20,000 nt of DNA from the IMG/VR virus record IMGVR_UViG_3300042430_001364, one strand, 5' to 3'. Of this stretch, positions 15,965 through 20,000 are shown piece by piece (the stretch's first letter is position 1; each line of letters begins with the position of its first letter). The notes beneath the pieces were generated by a model. It did not search any database. It saw only the letters and a program-made list of their open reading frames with translations, and was not told the DNA's origin. The DNA comes from an uncultured virus (IMG/VR IMGVR_UViG_3300042430_001364) (Duplodnaviria > Heunggongvirae > Uroviricota > Caudoviricetes). The position numbers and the translations under genes were made by a program.

Positions 15965-16387
15965 TTAATTCTTTTTCCTCCATCCATCAGTAATGGAGTG
16001 ACAATTTGGGCAAAGCAATTTTAAATTTAAAGGATCATTATTTGTTCTATTTTTATCAACATGATGAATTTCAAGTTTTATTAGTTGCCCTAACCATTCA
16101 GTATTTTCGCAAGATTCACAAGCATGACCTCTTTCTTTTATTAAATGCGGTTTTACATAAGACGCTCTAGAATAATTAGACCAACCTTTTAATCTCTTAC
16201 CTTTATTCCATTTAGAACCAGTCCAATGAGAAGTATCTATTTCCAATTTCTCTATTAAAGAATGAATTGTGTAGTAATTTCCCCCGACGCATTTTAAATT
16301 TAAATTTCTAAGAAGTTCAGCAATACTCTTGACTTTCTTCGCCAAATCAATAACTTGCTCATCAGTGTAGTTTCTGTATTTTCTCAT
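15965..16387 (-). CDS. Free-standing HNH endonuclease with N-terminal HTH-like DNA-binding domain
   Basis: YTDEQVIDLAKKVKSIAELLRNL N-terminus, CESC, and LEIHHVDKNRTNNDPLNLKLLCPNCH (HNH with Zn finger). Start set to MRKYRNY. Confidence 0.9.
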   Translation of the reverse strand: MRKYRNYTDEQVIDLAKKVKSIAELLRNLNLKCVGGNYYTIHSLIEKLEIDTSHWTGSKWNKGKRLKGWSNYSRASYVKPHLIKERGHACESCENTEWLGQLIKLEIHHVDKNRTNNDPLNLKLLCPNCHSITDGWRKKN

Positions 16388-16401
16388 ACTGTATATTACA
16401 C
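16388..16401 (-). promoter_or_regulatory. GTGTAA motif, candidate late promoter
   Basis: - strand reads GTGTAA-TATACAGT-ATG. Confidence 0.6.
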
Positions 16402-16450
16402 CAATAGGCAATCGTTTCTACTAAAAACTTATCGCATTACAAATCTTTTT

Positions 16451-16538
16451 GGCCGAGTGATGGAACTGGCTATACATAAGCGACTTAAAATCGCTTGCCC
16501 TTTAGGGATTATGGGTTCGACTCCCATCTCGGCTACCA
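16451..16538 (+). tRNA. trnL: tRNA-Leu (anticodon TAA)
   Basis: Acceptor GGCCGAG/CTCGGCT, discriminator A, encoded CCA. Anticodon arm AGCGA-CTTAAAA-TCGCT, long variable arm CCC-TTTA-GGG, T loop TTCGACT. Confidence 0.95.
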
Positions 16539-16545
16539 TTTTACA

Positions 16546-17127
16546 ATGAAAACATTCTTTACTAGCGATACCCATTTTGGGCACGCGAACATTATCAAAT
16601 ACTGCAAACGCCCTTTCTCTTCGACAGAAGAGATGGACAATGCCCTTATTCATAACTGGAACAGTGTTGTTGGTCCAGAAGATACAGTGTATCATCTTGG
16701 CGACTTTGCTGTGGGTGGCGGTCCTGCCGCTCCTTATCTTCGTCGCTTAAATGGCAAAATTCATTTCTGCTTAGGCAACCATGATAAACGTCTTGTTAAG
16801 ATGTATCTTGATATTGAATTGGAGCTTCAAAGCTATCTAAATGAAGCGGTTCAGTTCGGGACACCATACCTCCGAGAAGTAACAGTTGAGAAACAAAAGA
16901 TTATCTTGTGTCACTATGCTATGAAAGTATGGAACGGCAGTCACAAAGGTAGCTGGCAACTTTACGGACACTCGCACGGCACTCTCCCTGACGACCCAAA
17001 TGCTCTTGGCTGCGATGTTGGCGTAGATTGCTGGAACTACTTTCCAGTATCTATGGAACAACTTCGCGCCAAGATGAAAACTAAGAATTACAAATCTATT
17101 GATCACCACGGTTCACAAACTTCATAA
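16546..17127 (+). CDS. Calcineurin-like metallophosphoesterase
   Basis: Motifs SDTHFGH, VYHLGD, GNHD, LCHY and GHSH. Start moved past the tRNA. Confidence 0.92.
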   Translation: MKTFFTSDTHFGHANIIKYCKRPFSSTEEMDNALIHNWNSVVGPEDTVYHLGDFAVGGGPAAPYLRRLNGKIHFCLGNHDKRLVKMYLDIELELQSYLNEAVQFGTPYLREVTVEKQKIILCHYAMKVWNGSHKGSWQLYGHSHGTLPDDPNALGCDVGVDCWNYFPVSMEQLRAKMKTKNYKSIDHHGSQTS

Positions 17128-17131
17128 CTAT

Positions 17132-17407
17132 ATGAAAATCAAATTTAAACCAAAATTTTCTCCTGAGTTTGAGGCGGAGCATCTTGATACATTGGACTTT
17201 CAATGGTCTGGAGTGGACGAAGATGGATATCAGCATATGTACTGTAACATAGCACAGGTTATTGAAGAAAACGGAGAAATGTTTATTGAGTGGAACGGAA
17301 GAAAATATCCGGCATATCATTTTTTACATTGCGATCATTTGGATGATTATTTTTCTATGGACTCTGTAAGAGTTGTTAAAGGCGGAAAATACATAACACA
17401 TGAATAA
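17132..17407 (+). CDS. Hypothetical protein
   Basis: Start corrected to 17132 (MKIKFKPK...). Confidence 0.7.
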   Translation: MKIKFKPKFSPEFEAEHLDTLDFQWSGVDEDGYQHMYCNIAQVIEENGEMFIEWNGRKYPAYHFLHCDHLDDYFSMDSVRVVKGGKYITHE

Positions 17408-17729
17408 CAAACAAAAAGAAATTGTGCAGTTCCCAAAAGGACTTCATATTTACCACTACAATCGAAAAAATCAGAAAGTTGGCGTGTTTGCCGCTACTGA
17501 AACAAAATCTCTTGAAGGCTATTACAGCATTGGTTGGTCTTTATGTAACGTTAATACCGGCGACGTTTTCGATAAGAACTTGGCCAAGAAGATTGCGTAT
17601 GATCGCGCCATTGCGTTGTCTAGTGCTGCGCTTCCAATCTCTATGCTAGACTCCTATTTTAAATTCAATTTAATTGCCGCCAAGTATTTCAAAGACAAAA
17701 AATTCATTGGTAACGTTTTTTGTGGATAA
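17400..17729 (+). CDS. Conserved phage hypothetical protein (GWSLC..GDVFDKNLAKKIA type)
   Basis: Motif common in small phage proteins; tiles with its neighbours. Confidence 0.75.
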   Translation: MNNKQKEIVQFPKGLHIYHYNRKNQKVGVFAATETKSLEGYYSIGWSLCNVNTGDVFDKNLAKKIAYDRAIALSSAALPISMLDSYFKFNLIAAKYFKDKKFIGNVFCG

Positions 17730-17735
17730 AAACTA

Positions 17736-17763
17736 TTGACATTCTCAAAAACTCTGCTACTTT
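17736..17763 (+). promoter_or_regulatory. Sigma70-like promoter, probably leaderless
   Basis: TTGACA-16 nt-(TGn)TACTTT, then 7 nt to ATG 17771. Confidence 0.75.
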
Positions 17764-17770
17764 TCTAAGT

Positions 17771-17950
17771 ATGAAACTTAACCCTGACAATCGTTACATT
17801 CAAAAGTTCTTCAATTACGATTATGAAAAATGGGATGATGAGATTATCAAGAACAATCCATCTTGCATCTTTCATCTGATCGAGGTTGTGAAGAATAACC
17901 CAGATGACGAAAACAACTTGTTACGAAAATTTAATCTTGACTTTCTGTAA
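17771..17950 (+). CDS. Hypothetical protein, 59 aa (MKLNPDNRY...)
   Basis: Start set by promoter position. Confidence 0.65.
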   Translation: MKLNPDNRYIQKFFNYDYEKWDDEIIKNNPSCIFHLIEVVKNNPDDENNLLRKFNLDFL

Positions 17951-17965
17951 AAACCGCTCTACTCT
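17937..17965 (+). promoter_or_regulatory. Sigma70-like promoter, probably leaderless
   Basis: TTGACT-17 nt-TACTCT, then 7 nt to ATG 17973. Confidence 0.75.
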
Positions 17966-17972
17966 TCTGCTC

Positions 17973-18281
17973 ATGGAAACTTATAAAGTAATTGTTGACG
18001 AAGATAAAAACATTTATTGGTCTAACGATAAAGACCAACTCCATCGCCTTGATGGACCCGCTGTTGAATATGCTGATGGCTCTAAAGAATGGTATGTTGA
18101 TGGTAAACTCCATCGCCTTGATGGTCCAGCTATTGAATATACTGATGGTCATAAAGCATGGTATGTTAATGGTGAAGATATGACCGAAAAAGAATTCAAT
18201 GAATACATCAAACCCAAGCCATCTTGTGAAGGTAAGGTTGTTGAAGTGGATGGGGTCAAGTATAGGTTAGTTAAAGTTTGA
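17973..18281 (+). CDS. LHRxDGPA-repeat protein
   Basis: Two 23-aa repeats LHRLDGPA(V/I)EY(A/T)DG..WYV.G and a C-terminal SCEGKVVEVDGVKYRL motif. Confidence 0.85.
   Translation: METYKVIVDEDKNIYWSNDKDQLHRLDGPAVEYADGSKEWYVDGKLHRLDGPAIEYTDGHKAWYVNGEDMTEKEFNEYIKPKPSCEGKVVEVDGVKYRLVKV
18039..18174 (+). repeat. 69-bp imperfect coding tandem repeat, 2 copies
   Basis: CTCCATCGCCTTGATGG starts at both 18039 and 18108. Confidence 0.9.
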
Positions 18282-18305
18282 CTTTCGCAAAAACTTTGAC
18301 ACTGT
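18278..18305 (+). promoter_or_regulatory. Sigma70-like promoter, probably leaderless
   Basis: TTGACT-16 nt-(TGn)CACTGT, then 7 nt to ATG 18313. Confidence 0.65.
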
Positions 18306-18312
18306 ATATTCA

Positions 18313-18498
18313 ATGAAAAATATATATATGCTTTATAGTAACAACGACGGTGAATCAGTTGCGTTTGGTGATATCCAATACATTTCCGAACATATATCAA
18401 CAGCTAAACCGAATCTCAAATCGGTATTGAAAATACTTAACGCACAAGACGATCTTATGCTTATGCAAGTTGTATCCAAACATGGACAAGAAAGCTGA
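18313..18498 (+). CDS. Hypothetical protein, 61 aa
   Basis: Directly follows the promoter. Confidence 0.65.
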   Translation: MKNIYMLYSNNDGESVAFGDIQYISEHISTAKPNLKSVLKILNAQDDLMLMQVVSKHGQES

Positions 18499-18640
18499 AA
18501 CACATTTATTTTGGACAACATCCTCAAGTTCAGTTGGCGCATCGCGGTGGCGTAGCTTTGTGCGTAAAGCCGATTACGATCTCGCCATCAAAAAAATTCA
18601 ACAACTCGAAAAACAATTAAAAAGAATTAAAAATACATGA
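18482..18640 (+). CDS. Small hypothetical protein, 52 aa, absent from the ORF track
   Basis: Translated by hand as MDKKAETHLFWTTSSSSVGASRWRSFVRKADYDLAIKKIQQLEKQLKRIKNT. Fills the gap and ends in an ATGA overlap with 18637. Confidence 0.7.
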   Translation: MDKKAETHLFWTTSSSSVGASRWRSFVRKADYDLAIKKIQQLEKQLKRIKNT

Positions 18641-18642
18641 AA
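18625..18642 (+). repeat. 18-bp direct repeat, copy 1 (AATTAAAAATACATGAAA)
   Basis: Identical to 19267-19284. Confidence 0.85.
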
Positions 18643-19263
18643 ACAACCGCAGAAGTTCGTTATGAGTTCAAAACCAGCGTTTCACTTGGTTATTCCAGTA
18701 TGGACGCACCATCAGGTATTACTGAGATCGAAGGCAAAGTTTATGCTGATATTTTCGATAAATCTTTGGACGATACTCTTTCAAAGCTGATAGGAAACTT
18801 CAAAGTCATAAAAGCAGATCCAAATTTTGAATTTTATTCAACTATGGACCACGATCAAAATATAAATGATATTGCTAATCATATCTTTGAGGAAAACCAA
18901 ACCTCAAAACTTGAAGACCATTTTGGTTCAATTTATTTCGTAGAATCGTTCTTTATTGAAAAACAATGGCGTGGACGAGACATTTCTTTGATGGTTATGC
19001 AAGACTTCATGGAAAAACGCTCCGAAAATTGCTCTGTTTTTGTTCTTTGTCCTTATCCTCTTGACGAGCACGTTGCAAAAAATACAACAGAATCAGAAAC
19101 AAAAGCTATTTCAAAGAAGTTAATCAAGCATTGGAAAAAGCTGGGCTTCGAAAAATTATTTGATGGTTATTACTATTTGAATAATGCTTACGAGATGAAA
19201 AAAACAAATTTTAATTTTCAATTTGAAATCGAACCAATCACTCAAATCGCGCCTTCCGTTTAA
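18637..19263 (+). CDS. GNAT-fold acetyltransferase-like protein
   Basis: FIEKQWRGRDIS resembles GNAT motif A (RGxG); KKLIKHWKKLGF resembles motif B. Confidence 0.65.
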   Translation: MKTTAEVRYEFKTSVSLGYSSMDAPSGITEIEGKVYADIFDKSLDDTLSKLIGNFKVIKADPNFEFYSTMDHDQNINDIANHIFEENQTSKLEDHFGSIYFVESFFIEKQWRGRDISLMVMQDFMEKRSENCSVFVLCPYPLDEHVAKNTTESETKAISKKLIKHWKKLGFEKLFDGYYYLNNAYEMKKTNFNFQFEIEPITQIAPSV

Positions 19264-19266
19264 AAC

Positions 19267-19284
19267 AATTAAAAATACATGAAA
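19267..19284 (+). repeat. 18-bp direct repeat, copy 2
   Basis: Identical to 18625-18642. Confidence 0.85.
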
Positions 19285-19473
19285 GACGATACTCCAGCTA
19301 TAATTGCTCTCCTCTTTGTTCTCGCTGCTCTTTGTTTTATGTTTGGTACTTTTATAGGCTCTAAGCTAGAAAGAGATCAAAAAAATATCGAAGCTGTAAA
19401 ACGCGGCCATGCAACTTGGGTTGTCTCGACAGATGGGAGCACCACTTTTCAATGGAAAGAGAGCTGCAAATGA
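19279..19473 (+). CDS. Small membrane-anchored protein
   Basis: N-terminal TM, then EAVKRGHATW...FQWK. Confidence 0.75.
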   Translation: MKDDTPAIIALLFVLAALCFMFGTFIGSKLERDQKNIEAVKRGHATWVVSTDGSTTFQWKESCK

Positions 19474-19691
19474 AACCGCAAATCAACGACGGAGGACCAG
19501 CTTTCCCCATGACTGGCGAAGGATGCCATAATCCGCTTTACTCTCAACCCGGAATGACGTTACGAGATTATTTCGCAGGTCAGGCTTTGGCGGGTATGCC
19601 GTGGTCTTATGAAATTTCGCGCAAAGACCAAGCCCAAAAATGTTTTCAAATTGCCGACGCTATGCTCGCAGAACGGGAGACCAAAAAATGA
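19470..19691 (+). CDS. Conserved phage protein (GGPAFP...GMTLRDYFA family)
   Basis: Motifs DGGPAFP, GMTLRDYFAGQAL and IADAML. Start corrected to 19470. Confidence 0.85.
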   Translation: MKPQINDGGPAFPMTGEGCHNPLYSQPGMTLRDYFAGQALAGMPWSYEISRKDQAQKCFQIADAMLAERETKK

Positions 19692-19894
19692 AACATCATA
19701 CTTTCGATGAAATCCAAGCTAAAGCCTATAAGCTAAACAACTTATGGAAAGAGTTTATAGCTTTGCTTGAGACCACAGAAGAAAGCGACTCTGGTAACGA
19801 GTTTCGCCCAAATTATATTGGTTCTTGCCGCACATTAGATGCCGACAGAATGAATCAAATCATCAAAGAAGCTAAAAAAGAGATTAGCAAATGA
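19688..19894 (+). CDS. Hypothetical protein
   Basis: Start corrected to 19688 (ATGA overlap). Confidence 0.75.
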   Translation: MKHHTFDEIQAKAYKLNNLWKEFIALLETTEESDSGNEFRPNYIGSCRTLDADRMNQIIKEAKKEISK

Positions 19895-20000
19895 AGACTT
19901 TAAAAGAATTAAAAATCGAAATGGAATTGGCTAGGGAAACTTACAACGAACACCTTAAAACCCTTGAGCCGTACAAACGAACCTATATTAAAGCTCTTGA
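19891..20000 (+). CDS. Hypothetical protein (3' partial)
   Basis: ATGA overlap; MKTLKELKIEMELARETYNEHLKTLEPYKRTYIKAL stays open to the window end. Confidence 0.65.
   Translation, partial: MKTLKELKIEMELARETYNEHLKTLEPYKRTYIKAL

Noticed and set aside
15348..16549. ORF-track starts at 15348 and 16495, and ORFs 16355-16549 and 16429-16695
   Set aside because: They overlap tRNA genes; the ATGs just after each tRNA (15366, 16546) give the conserved N-termini.
18039..18174. 69-bp repeat as a CRISPR array or DGR template/variable pair
   Set aside because: There are only two adjacent in-frame coding copies with no spacer, the differences are not adenine-specific, and no cas or reverse transcriptase gene is in the window.
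1172..18542. Many antisense or alternate-frame ORFs inside longer genes (e.g. 1172-1375, 10582-10932, 13317-13718, 16837-17109)
   Set aside because: They are shadow ORFs of well-supported genes, with no motifs or initiation signals.
1..20000. Stop-codon reassignment or a suppressor tRNA
   Set aside because: Genes tile densely under the standard code using TAA, TGA and TAG stops, and all three anticodons read sense codons.

Overview
A gene-dense, AT-rich segment of a large tailed dsDNA phage, read with the standard genetic code. Most genes are short, overlapping + strand ORFs behind TTGAC(A/T)-type promoters. Recognisable genes are a CHASE2-domain transmembrane class III adenylate cyclase, a macro-like protein, a PD-(D/E)XK-like nuclease, UV-damage endonuclease UvsE, rIIA and rIIB, a DUF1599-like protein, a free-standing HNH endonuclease, a metallophosphoesterase and a GNAT-like protein. 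There are three tRNAs with encoded CCA ends (Trp-CCA, Thr-TGT, Leu-TAA). The most striking element is an ORF-free region of about 540 nt (~7883-8420). It lies between a promoter with a boxA-like sequence and tRNA-Trp, and folds by eye into a multi-domain RNA with about 15 helices and candidate pseudoknots, so it is a candidate GOLLD/ROOL-class or new large ncRNA. The window also suggests two promoter classes that would both give leaderless or near-leaderless mRNAs: sigma70-like promoters on the + strand and a GTGTAA motif in front of all three - strand genes. All family calls come from motif recognition by eye; no database searches were run.
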